Source of the DNA: Oculina patagonica
Lineage: Eukaryota
Assembly (NCBI RefSeq): GCF_052425735.1
Contig: NC_135768.1
Coordinates: 3,224,001-3,288,000 of the forward strand
Length of the DNA: 64,000 nucleotides
Direction: 5' to 3'
Both the position numbers and the translations under genes were made by a program. Below are positions 1 to 13,644 of the stretch, one piece after another; the stretch's first letter is position 1, and each line of letters begins with the position of its first letter. Under the pieces are notes generated by a model. It did not search any database. It was not told the origin of the DNA and saw only the letters and a list, made by a program, of their open reading frames with translations.

Positions 1-220
1 TCCCCTTGTGGTTTGAAAGATCTGTGAGGAAATTAAAAAAAGAAAACCATCTATCACCCAATTTGTTCGCCGTGTAGCTTTTATAGATCAGGCATCACCA
101 TAACATATTAGCTTTGAACAAACATTTTGCTTGTCGCTAACCTTCTCTATCGCTAATGTGAGGTAGTTCAAACGACTCATTCGCAAGCCCTGTTCTGTCA
201 TAAGGCTCATTCTTGGCCAT
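1..220 (-). CDS. 5' end of an unidentified gene running out of the window (putative exons 220-142 and 21-<1)
   Basis: ATG at 220 opens MAKNEPYDRTGLANESFELPHISDRE. GTTAG donor at 141 (phase 1), pyrimidine tract + CAG acceptor, and frame continues DLSNHKG. No recognisable domain. Confidence 0.35.
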
Positions 221-1312
221 AGCCCCTCCGCGAGGCGAAGGAAGAACACAACATTGAATGTTTCCCATCTTTGGGAGATATCTCATGTGCTATAACAAGG
301 CGACGTCCGCACAAACGCGACTTCACACCACAAAGTCAACAGCTACATTACGAGAAGTTCTCCATGCGTAGCTTCAAAGACTTCTTTAAGGAACATCGGA
401 TTCTCCACATTGTCTCAGTTTAGCAATTTCCTTTGCCAAGACGTTTTCCAGATATTAGAAGATCGAGTTTGGATACCTCGGTACAAGCGAACAACAAACA
501 GACTCAATCAAATGGTCCTAAATTTTGATTGGTCAAGGCAGAAAATTACGTCATGGCTTGATCATATATGGCGAAAATTCTGGATTGGTCTGGGACTTTT
601 TTTCTGCCTGGGAAAAAAAGATAACAAAAAAATTTACCCACGCTTTTAAAACCTTTAACAATAGACACTGATTAATCAAGGTATTGAGCATGTTTTGAAT
701 CGTGTCATTAATCAATAAATGACAGATTTAAAAATATTTCATTTTTTGATAAAATTGTTATTTTTAGATCTTTTATCTCAATTTTTTGGCTTTTCTCAGA
801 TTTCATTTTTTATCCTTTTTGGAGACCCTATAAACTGCAATTATTTAAAGGTTAACAAGCTTATGTTTGACACTGCGTTCTTGAAAAATTAAAATCAACA
901 ATATTAAAGTTTAAAAAAACCTGTAATATAAACAGACTTAAAAAATAATTTTAGTAATAGAAGTAACCAAGAAACCATGGTAATTGATGTAATAAAGTTA
1001 TAAGCTTACTTTAATATTCTTTCAATATTCTCATATTTATTGTTATTATTTGGGGGGGTATTATAGCAAGTGGTTTACAGCAAGATTTTCTTTCAGTAGG
1101 AGCCTTTGCATATAGGAAGAGTCTGGTAATTTCAGGAAATAATGCAGGCACTGTACAGCGGTTTGTATATTGCACGAGAAGTACTGGGTTCTACTTAGCA
1201 ACCTTCCCTTGACAACCACAAAGAAGGGGCCATATTTACAAATCTTCCCGTTTGCACACGAGCCACAGCAATTTTAACAACGATTTAACAGGCAAAAAAC
1301 GTTTTCGCCACG

Positions 1313-4300
1313 ATGTATGATGACGACGACGAACCAGAAGGTCCAAAGAGTTCATTTACAACTTATCTATCCGAAGGAAATGTGCATTTTAATCAGGGAG
1401 AATACAAGAAAGCTCTTGATAGCTATTCGCAGGTAAACGAATCTCTATACGAACGAGTGATCTTAATATTCCTTGAACGAAAAAAGGCTCATAAGTTTGT
1501 TAGATTTATCATTGTACTTGTGCATGTAGAAGTTTTGTTTCTTTATTGTCAATTCTTGAAATTCCAACAGTACTTTCAAGGAAATAACCCCAGAAGTGTT
1601 GAAAGCTTTAATATCCATGTACCATATCACATGTAAAAGCTAACATACAATTTTATGTATACATAAGCGTATGTAGCTAGCCTTTTCTTGTTGATAATGC
1701 ATCGAAGTCGGTTTTAACTGTAAACTGTTATAACTGGTGGTATGTCTTTCCCTGACTTTTGAAAAATTTGTCAATGGATCATTGAAGGTTTGCTGATTGA
1801 CAGTTTATAACTATTTGACACTATTGCAAGTTTGATTAAAAAAAAATAGATAAAACTTTTTACGTATCACATGGCACTGCTAATTAAATTGAGTGCTGTC
1901 AACAACTCCATTTTGTAATAGCCCAAAACTGGAGAAAAAAGTAAATAGCCTCTCCATGGGTATTTCGAAGACAGGAAGATCACCGCAAAAAACGAAGATC
2001 TCCCGATTGAAGCAAAGATCTGAAATTGACCAAAATTTGTGTGATCAATTAATTTGAACACTCAAAAATTAAACTGTCAAAACTCGTAAACATTACAGAA
2101 AGTATCTGTAATCCTGAATTTTGGCATTTGACCACATTTCACAAAAAAAACTAAGATAAAATTAAGACCTGCTTAAAAAAAATGAAGATTTGCAAAAAAA
2201 GCGGAGAAAATGAAGACCCTGGGTACCCATAGAGAGGCTCAGTAGTTCTCACCTGATTTAACCACACAAAATGCATCAAATATCTAAAAAATATTCCACA
2301 AAATCACCCGAAATCTGCCGGAGATTTGGTGACCTGTAGGGAGACCAGGATATTTGGTTTGTGTCTGGAAATTGGATAATTTAGGAGGGTTAGCGTAGAT
2401 CTTTATACTGTAGAAAAAATCTAAAGTGAAAGTGTTGGATGAAAAAAATATATCTTCTAAAATAATATCAGAAGCTGGCATGTAAATGAAATGGGTGCCT
2501 CTTTATTTTTTCTTAGTGTTCACAGGATAGCTATAATTAAACCTTTATGTTTTTGTTCATAGGCACTAGAGTTACAGCCAGGATACAAAGTTTGCCTTGT
2601 TCAGCGATCAAAATGCTACTTAAGGCTGGGTGACCCTGATGCAGCACTGAGAGATGCTGAGGAATCACTTGCTGAAGATAAAGAATATAACAAGGTTTGA
2701 AAATATCTTTTTCATCTGAGGTGATCATGACATGAAATTTATTAATTTATTTATTTAATCATGTGTCTTGCCTGATGGGCATAGGCCGGGGCAATCTGTC
2801 TGAACACAAATATTATACTAACAGTGCAACCTCGATATAACGAACCTCTATATAACGAAGTCCTCGATATAACGAACAACATTCTTTGTCCCAGTAATAG
2901 TAAAATGTATGAGAAAGTACCTCGATATAACAAAACCTTGTTATAGCGAACACATTATGCCAGTCCCTTGGCCCTTCATTATATGGAGGTTACACTGCAA
3001 TTTGAAAACAAGCAAGTAAACTTAGGCAAGCATGTGACTGCCTTGGCAAGCAGAATTTGAGAGTCACTTCTTCAAAGGGTTGTTGCAAGGATTCTTTCTT
3101 TCCGTAGCCTGCTAACGTCATTTTTCTTTTGCAACTAATTTGTAGGGACTTTACCAGAAAGCAGAAGCGCTTTATTCCAAGGGTGACTTTGAATATGCCC
3201 TGTTATATTATCATCGTGGATACAAGCTGCGAAACGACCAGGAGGAGTTTAAGCTTGGTATTCAGAAGGCTCAAGAAGCCATTGACAATGCCATTGGAAG
3301 TAAGAGCTGCTTTCACTCATTACTGACAATGTTGTTTGTTGGTTGAAAATGTCTGTACCAGAGATACCACCGATGTCAAAAGCCAAAATTTGTAAAGTGA
3401 AATATGAAGTTAAACTAGAATATTTTCTGGAGGGATGGGGAGGGGGAGGGGTGAGGTCAAGTCAATAACGTTCCATGGGGAAAGTATGGATATGTTGCAG
3501 TTAATTTTTTATCTCAGTTAATTTTAAATTTTACCTAGTTATCTTTTTTCTAACTAGTTAAATAATAGGGTTAGGGTTAGAGTATGGGTTGGAGTCATAT
3601 ATTTTTAAAAAATAGTGGTTCATCCAACATTTCCTACATGGCAAAGTGGTAAGGGGTTGGACAACAAATCCAGAGGTCGAGTTCAAATCCAGTGCAGGTT
3701 AGTAAAAAGAAAAAAAATAGATGATAGTACTTAGGGCAGGGGGATAATGTTAATAGCAGATAGTAGGGGAGGAGGGGTGTTAGTAAAGATGGGGGGGGGG
3801 GTAATAAGACATCAAGGGAGGGGAGGTGTATTGCTTTTTCTACTTATTAACCTAGTATATAAAAAAAACTAGTTAGAAAAAAATTAACTGATATCAAAAA
3901 TTAACTGCAACAGATATTTTATGGAACAACAACTGACACATTTTGGCAAAAAAGCTGTTTTAATTTATTGACTCATATGCTTGAATTTGATTTGCTGTAA
4001 TTTTAGTGCTGGAATGTGTGGAATAGCCAGATATTTCCTGAAAATGTACTGTTCTCTATTCAATTTACATTCTCTCATAAAACATGACTGAGATAATGTT
4101 GACCATGCTTTCTTTTTAGGTAAGGCCAAGGTTAAACTGGAAAACAAGGGAGACTTGTCATTTTTTGCAAAACAAGATGAAGCTGTGAGTATATTTTTTA
4201 TATTTATTTTTTCTAACATTTATTTATTAGAAAATTTAAATTTGACTTTTCTTTTTTGAACCCTGTTTCCCTTATGCAATAATTTTGTAGACCTGGAGTA

Positions 4301-7300
4301 TAAAACCTCTCACCCCACCCAGTATGATATTGGTTAATACATGTATTTTTAATGGAGTAGCTCGATCAACTCCTTGTGAAGATTATATAAATGAAATAAA
4401 TTTTACAACTTTTGTAACTTGACCAATTTCAATCTTCTGCAGAAAAAGACAACAAAGGGCTACAGCAAACCAACCACTCAGGCAGCAAGAAATCAACAAC
4501 AGGCAGCGAACAGAGGAAAAAACACTAAAAGTCCAGTTAAATCTGAAAAGACTGTCAAGAAGGTGAGTTTACTTAATCAACTGCTACAAATATTTCTCAA
4601 TTTGTTATCAAAGGGTACATGTAGTTAAATCCAAGGGATACTTCACCTCGCAAAACATTCATTTCTCAACCAAAATATCAGACAAATTTGTATTTTTAAT
4701 TTCTGTCACTGTTTTTTGTTTTTCTTGTTTCTGTTTCCTTGTTTCTTGCTTGTTACTGTTTTTGTTATCAATCTGCCGTATAGTGTTTACTATATAATTT
4801 ATGTTCAGTCCTTGCACTACTAAGTACACTTTAAGTATTATTAAATATCTCAGACATCATTTCTTCTATTTTTGTGCAGCTCTTAGGAGAATTATATGCT
4901 GACAAGAAGTACCTTGAAAAACTTATGGATGACCAAGGTAAAATCACTAATTTTATTGATAAAAAAATCGTTAAAGGAAATAAAAATAGTGAAAGGCGTT
5001 ATCATCTAAAAGTTGCATCCTGTGACCTTGGCCAAGATTAACAGCAAAGTTGAGTTTAATCTTGGAATTCATGAATAAGTGCTCTACAAAATGTTAGCTA
5101 CTCTTTAGGCCTATTTTTTAACATCATTTTGGGCTGTTGTTTATATAAACACTACCTCGTAGTACTTAACAAAAACTTTTATTTTCTTTTGTGTAGATTT
5201 TATACATGGTAATAGCAGCAAGCCAATTTATGATCTAGTACAAGATGGCCTGAATTATTTAGACACAAGGATTGAATTTTGGAGACAGCAAGAACCATTG
5301 TATGCTCGCAAGAACAAGAAACTGCCTCCTAGGAAACCCCCACAAAAACAACTTCCCGCTGACACAACAAAGTTCATTTTAAGATCACTGGAGGAAATAG
5401 ATCAGGCGTTGGCCGATGGCGATCCTGAGAGCAGTTTAAACAAGGCACAAGCAACATTAAAAACTGTTCAGTCATTAGGAGCAGAAAGTGTCCCAAACAA
5501 AGCTGAAGTTGTCGGCAATTTATACTCTTGCATCGGAAATGCCCATCTTGAAATGGAAAATTATGAAGAAGCTTTGAAATACCATGAGAAGGATCTGAAG
5601 GCTGCTAAAAAGCTGTAAGTACACATTCTGGTACAGATGTAGTCGTAGTTTGGCACAACCCATGTAGTTGACTTGAAGGTATCAATAATTGTTCACTAGA
5701 AATTTTATTAACTCTGGCCTTCAAGTGATTATCTCTGAACAAGGTACATGTATTTAAATTTTGGATCTTGCTCCACATCTTATGGACTTTTTGATTATCT
5801 GATGCATCAAGGTTCTAAATACATGTGGTTTATGCCTCTCAGTACTGTAGTAAAGTGAGATCTGCTTCGAATTCAGCTAGCTCTTTCTTGAGTCTTACAG
5901 TAATAACATATTTGAAATAAGGGTCTTAGCAACTCTCATATATTAAAGGGACTGTGTCACGGCTAAGTTAATTTTATGTTATTAAATTTTGCCAAACACC
6001 CGCTATGAAACTAAATGTTTGCAAAGAAATAAATTTTATGATTCTAAATGACAAAACCATAGCTTCACTGCAGCTAAACGTGTTTTCCGGCGTTATAATT
6101 TAAAGTTACAAGCAAACTAGATTAACTTTGAAAACTGTTCCGCCGGATCACTTTTCAAAAACCCATATCGCAATCCGTTTCAATCTTTGTCACTTTTGGC
6201 CATCCGTACCTTCTTTTGCATTTGGTGTGTTATTTAAATATTCCTTCACTGTTTTAAGATGTTATTTTATATATTTAAACGAATTTGATGGTCATTTCCT
6301 ATGCCTAAGTTTGGCTAAAATCTGTGACACGGTCCCTGTAACACATAGTCCAATCCCTGAACTCTCTCCTCCACGCACCCTTTATGGAAACCCATAGAGA
6401 GAGAGTGAAGGATAACTTGCATGCGTATGCACCAGTTTTTCCCCCTAAATCGGGGGGCAAAACATATTTTGCAGTTTTTTCAAAAACATGCATGCGTGCC
6501 AAACATATGATGCCACACTCCTTGCTTCTGATTGGTTCATTCCGAGCATGCGCATGCAAGTTATCCTGGACTCTTTCTTTGGGCACCTGGGTTCAACCCT
6601 AGAAAGGGCAGGTGGAAGAGAGAGTTTAGGGACTGGACTAATTAACACAGTGAATTACACACACCTGAAGTATTCTTCTCAATTCTCCTCATAAGTGAAA
6701 GCAAAGAAGCCAAATCACGAGCTCTAGACAACCTTGGAAGACTGTACGCTAAGATGGGAGAGTACACTAAAGCTATCGATGCCTGGATAGAGAAACTTCC
6801 ACTCAGTAAATCAGTTCTCGAAAGCACATGGCTCTACCATGAGATTGGTAGGTGTCATTTAGAACTCAAGTACTATCAGGATGCCAAGGAGTTTGGACAA
6901 AAGTCATTGGCTGCGGCAGAGCAGGCAGATGATAAGGTGTGGCAGCTTAACGCAACTGTTCTTGAGGCTCAAGCAGAAGGTAAGCCAAGTACCATAGGCC
7001 TGCAATGTGTGCAATGAGCAAACACCTCTATATTCTTATGCATGCATTACATGCCAATAATGCTAGTATGATAGGTCTGCAATATGTGCAAAGGGCTATA
7101 GCCTACATAGGTCTCTGTACACATTGCATGCCTTTAATGCTAGTATGATAGATCTGATATGTATGCAAAGAGCTTCAGCTTTTTATCTCTCTGCACCTAT
7201 TGCTTGCCTATAATGCTGGTATGATAGGTCTGCAATGTATCCAAAGGGGTACAGCTACATAGCTCTCTGTACACATTGCTTACTTTTTATGCTATTATCC

Positions 7301-9189
7301 CTCTGTACACACTGCACACTACAGTGTATAGTGCTAGGTAATTTAGTAAACTGACTAAGTTCTTAAAATGGCCTTGCTCACCATATGGTTCTCCTGAAGC
7401 TCAGTGGATACAGTTCTGCCTGATGTTTGGTAGATCATGGGGATAAATTCCATGGGGGGACTCAGATTTTTCTTTGTCCCACATTTGTGACATAACCATT
7501 ACAGGGCTTGAGACTAACTTTTTAACTCACTGGTTTACTGGCTAGTGACATGTCAGATTTTACTAGCCAACAGTTATTTTTCACTAGTCAGGTATATTGA
7601 TTTCTATCAAGAACAGTTGACTTTTCCGAGTTTTTCACTAGCCAAATGGCTAGTAGGAATGCTAAACCTGGTAGCCAAAACCTAAATTTTAGTAGCCTTT
7701 GGCTAGTTGGCTACCATTAGTCTCGAGCCCTGCATTAGCAAGTGAAAAGACAAGAACAGAGCTTTTGATCATATAAATTTTAAAATAAATGTTAACTTTC
7801 TTTTCTTCATAATTTACAGTAAAACTTGGTGATCTTCAAGATGCCTTACAGTCCTTTGAAAAAGCTTTAGAACTGGCGAAAATCCTGGAGGATGAAGCTG
7901 CAGAAAAGGCTATATCTAAAGCCATTAATGATGTAAACGACAGAATTGCACAAGGTGAGTAGGTTGCTATGGAAGTGTCATGTTTACATTGTGCTGCTGA
8001 GCAAACAATGGGTTCAGTCACTAGTTGTCAAAGGCCAGATTGTGACATTTCTAAGCTAACATGTATTAGTGTTCTCAATACCATTTTCATCATCTATAGT
8101 AGTTTGGTATGTAGCAGTAACAAGGTGTCACATGGCCAATAGGCCATCTTTACTGAAAAGGCCTAGCTAAACTAGAAAACACTGTTGCAGAAACATTGTT
8201 CCTTGTCATGTTTCGTAGGTGGCTTAATTAGCAGGAAGTAAGGAAAATGTTTTGCTGCCCAGGTGGCTAAATGAGGAAACAATGTTCAGGGAACAAAGTG
8301 TATCGTGGTGGCAAAACTGAGCAACATATGGTTTGGAAGGAAAATTTGTGTCCATGAAGCAAAAATGTCTTTGACCTGAGGAAAAAACATATTCATGTTT
8401 CCAAGAAGCAAAATTTGTTTCTGTGATATGTTTCCCACGCAGGTTAACTTAGAAACATTTTCCTCTGCAACAGTGTTATGGCAACAATGTTTCCAAGTTT
8501 AGCCAGGCCTTTACTGGCATAACACTTACTAGTGGCATCCCCCACAGGAGCTCAACTGAGATTGTATATACATGTAGCTCGAAATTTTTTCCCCAACAGC
8601 GTGCGCTCTTATTGTCTAATGCGACGTCACATGACGAGGTCCCGCCAAAAGTCTCTGAGTGGGCATTGAGATTCTTGGGAAACAAAATTGACTGTTTCTC
8701 TCAGGAGCAGTCATAAAGTGTATAATTTTAAACATCACTGCGTGTAGCATAAAGCTTTGATGCCACCTGTGTGTCTGAGCACAAATAATATTATTATTGC
8801 TTCCTTCATTTACAAAAATCCGGCCCTATGCCCACTTAAGGCTTTGGCCACAAGTCAGTCATTTACAAAACATGGTTTCTTTTACAGGTGTCAAATCTGG
8901 AGAGGACAGTGCAGGAGACGAACAAGGAGATACAGAGGAAAACAAAGGGGCAGAAGATGAAGAAAGCAAAGAAACAGAGACAGAGACTACAAAAGAAACA
9001 GGAGAGGAGGAAGGAGTGAAAGAAACCTCAAGCGAGGAAAACAGAGAAGAAGTCAAGGAAAATGAGGCGGAGGAAGAAAGTGCGAAAAAAGATGTTGAGG
9101 AACAAGGGGAGGAGGGAGCAGAAGAATCTAATGAAGCATCAAAAGATGTTGAACCGCCAAGCGAAGAAGATGGCGTGAAGGAACAATAA
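1313..9189 (+). CDS. TTC25: Tetratricopeptide repeat protein 25 / outer dynein arm docking complex subunit 4, ~595 aa. Exons 1313-1432, 2563-2694, 3146-3299, 4120-4184, 4443-4562, 4880-4937, 5197-5614, 6696-6979, 7820-7954, 8888-9189
   Basis: All introns GT-AG with continuous frame (1788 nt). TTC25-type segments: GLYQKAEALYSKGDFEYALLYYHRGYKLR, KLENKGDLSF, LLGELYADKKYLEKL, FWRQQEP, KSRALDNLGR, TWLYHEIGRC. Confidence 0.92.
2822..2997. mobile_element. Tc1/mariner-like MITE (CAGTG..CACTG ends, internal TATAACGAA repeats)
   Basis: Terminal inverted repeats cagtgcaacctc / gaggttacactg. Related to the element at 54826-55626. Confidence 0.7.
3493..3912. mobile_element. Non-autonomous TIR element (TG..CA ends, GATA target duplication)
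   Basis: TIR tgttgcagttaattttt / aaaaattaactgcaaca, with gata on both flanks. Confidence 0.7.
5947..6337. mobile_element. TTAA-targeting (Kolobok-like) MITE
   Basis: ttaa|agggactgtgtcac ... gtgacacggtccct|gtaa. Confidence 0.65.
6346..6640. mobile_element. MITE with long TIRs (TAGTCC ends), same family as 50518-51186
   Basis: tagtccaatccctgaactctctc ... gagagagtttagggactggacta, with a degenerate 9-bp flank duplication. Confidence 0.75.
6990..7290. repeat. Degenerate ~75-bp tandem repeat (about 4 copies) in TTC25 intron 8
   Basis: Recurring atgctagtatgataggtctgcaat...ctctgtacacattgc units. Confidence 0.7.
7502..7732. mobile_element. CAGGG-terminated MITE with 5-bp TSD
   Basis: catta|cagggcttgagactaa ... 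ttagtctcgagccctg|catta. Confidence 0.75.
8161..8509. mobile_element. GGCC-terminated MITE (PIF/Harbinger-like)
   Basis: ggcctagctaaact..aaaca ... tgtttccaagtttagccaggcc inverted termini. Confidence 0.6.
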
Positions 9190-10690
9190 ATTACTGACGT
9201 TTTATATTTTAATGGCTGTATATATCAATTAGTATAAATTAGGTTCTTTCTTGACACATCAACTTTTGTTTTTATCTAATTGTTGCAAAATATAACTGCT
9301 TGATTCTAAAAACCTTGTTCAACTGCGCTAGTGCTTTATATTTTATGTGTAGATTTTGAAGCAGGAGGGACAGACAACTCTGTTTACAGTGCAAGACTTT
9401 TATTTTCCTTAAAAGAGAATGTACATTGTAATGTTAAGTGTAATAAAGGTTAATAACTAAGGATGTTTGCAGTGTATAAAAGATTTACTATTTCCACCAA
9501 CTAGTGTTACCCTGGCCCCAGTTGTTCAAACAGTGGATAATGCTAGTAGGTTTATTTGATAGTTATCCACTGTAGATATCGATTTATCCAGTGGATAGCA
9601 TTATCCACCCTTTCAACAACTGGAGCAGGACTCAGATAACAAACAACTGGAAAAATATGAACTTGGCCATTCCACCAGAAAAGACACTGAGTGAACTTTG
9701 TTTTGTAAGCAAGTTAATTGAAATAGATCTGGACTGTAGTATAGTGTCAAAGAAAGGTGGAAAACTGAAGGTTATGAAAAGACCTTCTAGCGGGTAAAAG
9801 CAGAAAAAAAAATATTAATACTCTTCAAAAAGAAATTTTGAGGGAGATGCCTTTCAACATCCCTTTGTCTTTATTTTTATACCTTTATCAAAAAACATGT
9901 CTGTTTTGACATCAATAAGGATGAAACTGTAGTCTCCTTCACAATCACTGTTTGAATTGTCATGCAACACCCGTCTGCTAACTTAGTGCAGAGAAACATG
10001 GCAAGACAATTTAAATCATGGCTGTGTGGAAAACTGCTGAAAAATCTCAAAATTTACAGCTGTAAAATCTGCTGGGCTTGCTGTTTTCAGACTTGTTCTA
10101 CTGCTTGTCATCCAGGAACAGACTACACGTCTAGTTACATAAGACATGAGCTGGAGAGGCATCAACCAGAGGAGCTCACACATACCCGTTTAACTCAAAA
10201 TCTATGTTTTATTGCTCCACTACCTGCTATGCACCCCAAGTGTCAATAGAGGAGAGATAAATGGGTTATTGACCAAGCATGAGGTTGAGATTGCGGGATA
10301 TTGACCAAGTTCTTTTGTTGCTTGTTTATGGACTGAGACAAAGCTGAGTTCCATAAACATGCAAAAAAAGAACAAGGTTGGCAAATTACATGATGGCATC
10401 AATTGACTACAACTACTAGAATCCTTCACTTTTTCTTTTTATCCTTCTAATTAGAACAGTTGTTTTTTTAACCCCACTGTGGATTCAAATTTAAATAATA
10501 AAGGAAAGGCTAGATGAATTCTGGTAGTTGTAGTCAAATGACGACATTGTGCAAATGTGCTATAAAGGATTTCATATAGATGGACAATAAAGTCACAAAT
10601 TTAGAAATGAAATTTTGCCCGCTCACAGAGCCAGCCATATGATAAATTGAGTTATGAGTACATGTGATGTATAAATAAATTTTGGAGCTC

Positions 10691-13195
10691 CTAATCAGAT
10701 GGTACTATATGCACAATAATTCCTGAGAACAAGATTGTTACTATTCCTTTGTAAGCCATTCTTGGTACTCCTGCCTTAAAGTCATTCATTGCGCCAAGTT
10801 GTTTTGCTACAACTTGAAAGTTCTGTGGAGAAGAGTAATGAACCTGCACCTCAAGTGCAAACACATTCTTGTTTGTTAATTGCTCTACAGTAACGAGCGG
10901 CAATGAGTGCACACGTTCAACAAACTTTTCATCATAGTTATCTTTCAATAAATAAGAAAGGTCTGTTTTTGTAAAAGGATGCTTCTTGTCATTCAGCTTG
11001 ATAAATTTCAAATGTTGATCAAAAAATTGCCCACGGCTCACGCCTTCTCTGCCAAATGTTCTTGTGCGTGGGATTTCTGGGCGTATACATGCCCTGTCTT
11101 TACGTTGTGGCTCTTCCCTCATCCAATCATCCCAAAATCCCAGAGGCCATTTTGGTTTGAGTTCTTCCCAAAGAGACTTGCGTATCATCCATCCAAGACC
11201 AGGGAAAAAGTCAGTTCTATAGAGAACGTCATTTCTTTTTACCATTCCTTCTTTGCCGTTGTCATTCCAAGCTGAGACACACCATAACGAAGGATCCCTG
11301 TCCAGCAGGGGCTTTGTTGCAGTGAAATACTCATAAAAGTCTGGTGCTACAAAGGGGCAAAAAAATATAATTTTCAACTGCATGTGAACTCTGTCATAAT
11401 CAATGCAGCTTAGAAAGGTTAGTGGTACATATTTTTCAGTTGATTTCATGAAAAGGGGTCTTGGGCTGGACAATGTTACTAACGGATGGTGAGTGGAAGA
11501 AAAGCCTTCTCTTGGAAACCATCCCCGCATAATGTCCCTGGATTACCTTATTGTTACTTATTTTCGAGAATTTCAAAAAATTGCGAAATTAAAGACCCGT
11601 GAAAATTTCTTCAAACGTTTTCTAATGTATTTTTTATGTTAATTACGTATTTTTGGCCAAATCGCAAAAATAAAGTACAGCGAAATATGCCCGTTCCATT
11701 TTCGCAAAATTAAGTTCCTGCGTAAATAAGTAACAATAAGGTATCAGTTTGATTAAACAGCTGGTAATCCGAAGCCCTTTTAAAGTAAACGCATACCAAT
11801 CTGAATACCCTATTTAAATATGATGGAACTAGAAGCCAGTAAAATATCCTCTTGGGCAAACCAAGTCTCAATCCTTTGATTACAATTACAGTGGTAAACC
11901 TCTCTGCCAGAGTCACCCTGGTGTAGAAATAGCTGGCCATCAAAGAGGGGTGGCTATTGTAATATAATGATGTGTCTAAGAGGTTTAAGTGTATGGATTG
12001 ACAAATGGAGGAAGAATTCTAGTTGATTGATATTAAACAAAGGGGCTGATAACATGGTGAATTTCAGTCCGGGCTGAAACTTCCAGTCCGAGCGATAGGC
12101 TGGAAATTTGTTGTGATTACATGGTGAATTTCAGCCAAGGTTAATTTTGCTGCATTGAAAGCACCAATGTGCATCCCAAGCTCACCTTTCAGCCCAGGTT
12201 GAAATCTGAATGCAATTACACAAGGTTTTTCAGCCTGTTTGCTGTTTACAGCCCTGTTTCACAAACTGGGCTGGAAATTTCAGCCCAGGCTTAAATTCAG
12301 CTTGGGATGAAACATTCTTCATGTCAATACAAACGTCTTTGAAATCTCAGCCAAGTTAGCTGGGCTGATATTTGTCATGTAATCAGCCCCCAACTAGATA
12401 TCTAGTATTTCTGTTCCTGGCTGAGTCAGTCTAGTCCTCTAACCCTCGGAACTTACCAATATCCAAGTCATCTTCAACAATCAAGACAGTGTCATAACCC
12501 ATGGTATCAAAAGCTTGTCCTAAAGCCCATTTGTAATGACGACTGATTTTATAGTACCCCATCATAGAGCGCATGTTGGAAGGAACACCTTGTACTTCTG
12601 ACAGGTCTGGTTGTTGAATAAGCAAAACCTGAGATCCGTACGATCTAATCACTTCTGCTGTTGGCTCATGACCGCAGTCCTGACTCACAATAATGGGGAA
12701 TTGTTTAGCTGAAGGACGATATTGTAAAAGAAGATCTAAACATCGTTTAACAGTTGGTCTGTTACAAGCTATAACAAGCACTGCAGCTACAAAATCGCTT
12801 GTTGCTGTTTTTGTTGAGATCGCATCTTTCTTAGAAGAGGTAACAGTTTTTGTTTCCTCTGATTTCTGTTCTCCTTCTTTCAAGCCAATGTTTTCGTTAA
12901 TAATTGAATCAACTCTTGGTACTAAAGGTACAAAACTAGGTTTAGAGACATCCGATTTTGCGGGTTTGTTTTTCAATTTTTGAACTGCGTCAGCAATATC
13001 ACGTAACTTCGACTTTGGTCCAGCTCTGACATTTGCTAAATATCTCTCTGAGAGTTCCTTTAGCCTCGCCTCCTCGAGCTCGGAGATGGAAGTCTTGTTG
13101 ATGAAGCGGTAGAGAAGAACACAGTTTCCAAGGACAAACACACATACGGCTGCGATAATCCACCATCCTTGTTTTGTTATAAAAACCACTTTCAT
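10691..13195 (-). CDS. MGAT1: Alpha-1,3-mannosyl-glycoprotein 2-beta-N-acetylglucosaminyltransferase (GnT-I), 464 aa. Exons 13195-12457 and 11346-10691
   Basis: N-terminal TM anchor. GT13 motifs VLVIACNR, IIVSQDC, YYKISRHYKWAL, EDDLD|APDF, CVSAWNDNG, RTDFFPGLGW, FWDDW. GTAAG/TAG phase-1 intron; 1395 nt total. Confidence 0.95.
11544..11743. mobile_element. MITE with TACCTTATT termini
   Basis: taccttattgttactta ... taagtaacaataaggta. Confidence 0.65.
12042..12390. mobile_element. MITE (GGGGCTGA termini, internal ttcagcccgggctgaaa-like repeats)
   Basis: ggggctgataacatg ... catgtaatcagcccc. Confidence 0.65.
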
Positions 13196-13644
13196 TGCGA
13201 CAGGGAATTGACGGATAAGTCAAAAATATACAGCAAATTATCCATTAAAAGAACGTTTGCGCGTGGGGCGCCATGTTCCTTTGGTGCTTGACACGTAGCA
13301 ACAACACAGCTGCCGATCAGCGTAATCGAAAATGGTCGGAAATAATCGGAGGTACTCGGGCTGGCGGTACTGTCTCCCGACCCCAGGGGTGTCTAATACA
13401 ATTGCACCAAAAAAAAGGTTTTTTGCGCGATGAAAAGTTGAAAATCGAATTCAGAAAATGACTGGAAGACGATCATACATGGAAGACGATTCTCCAAACA
13501 CTAACCTTTCCAAACCGACCAATCTTGGCACGCAGGTGATGACAAACAAATATCCTCTGCCTACTCCCCTAACGCACCTCTATCAGTACTGATTCTTCCC
13601 ACCCCACCCTCGTAACCTTCATATGACACCTGCTAGAATACAAA

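Noticed and set aside
3566-3580. TTAGGG-like repeats
   Set aside because: Only ~2 units, inside a MITE; not a telomere or interstitial array.
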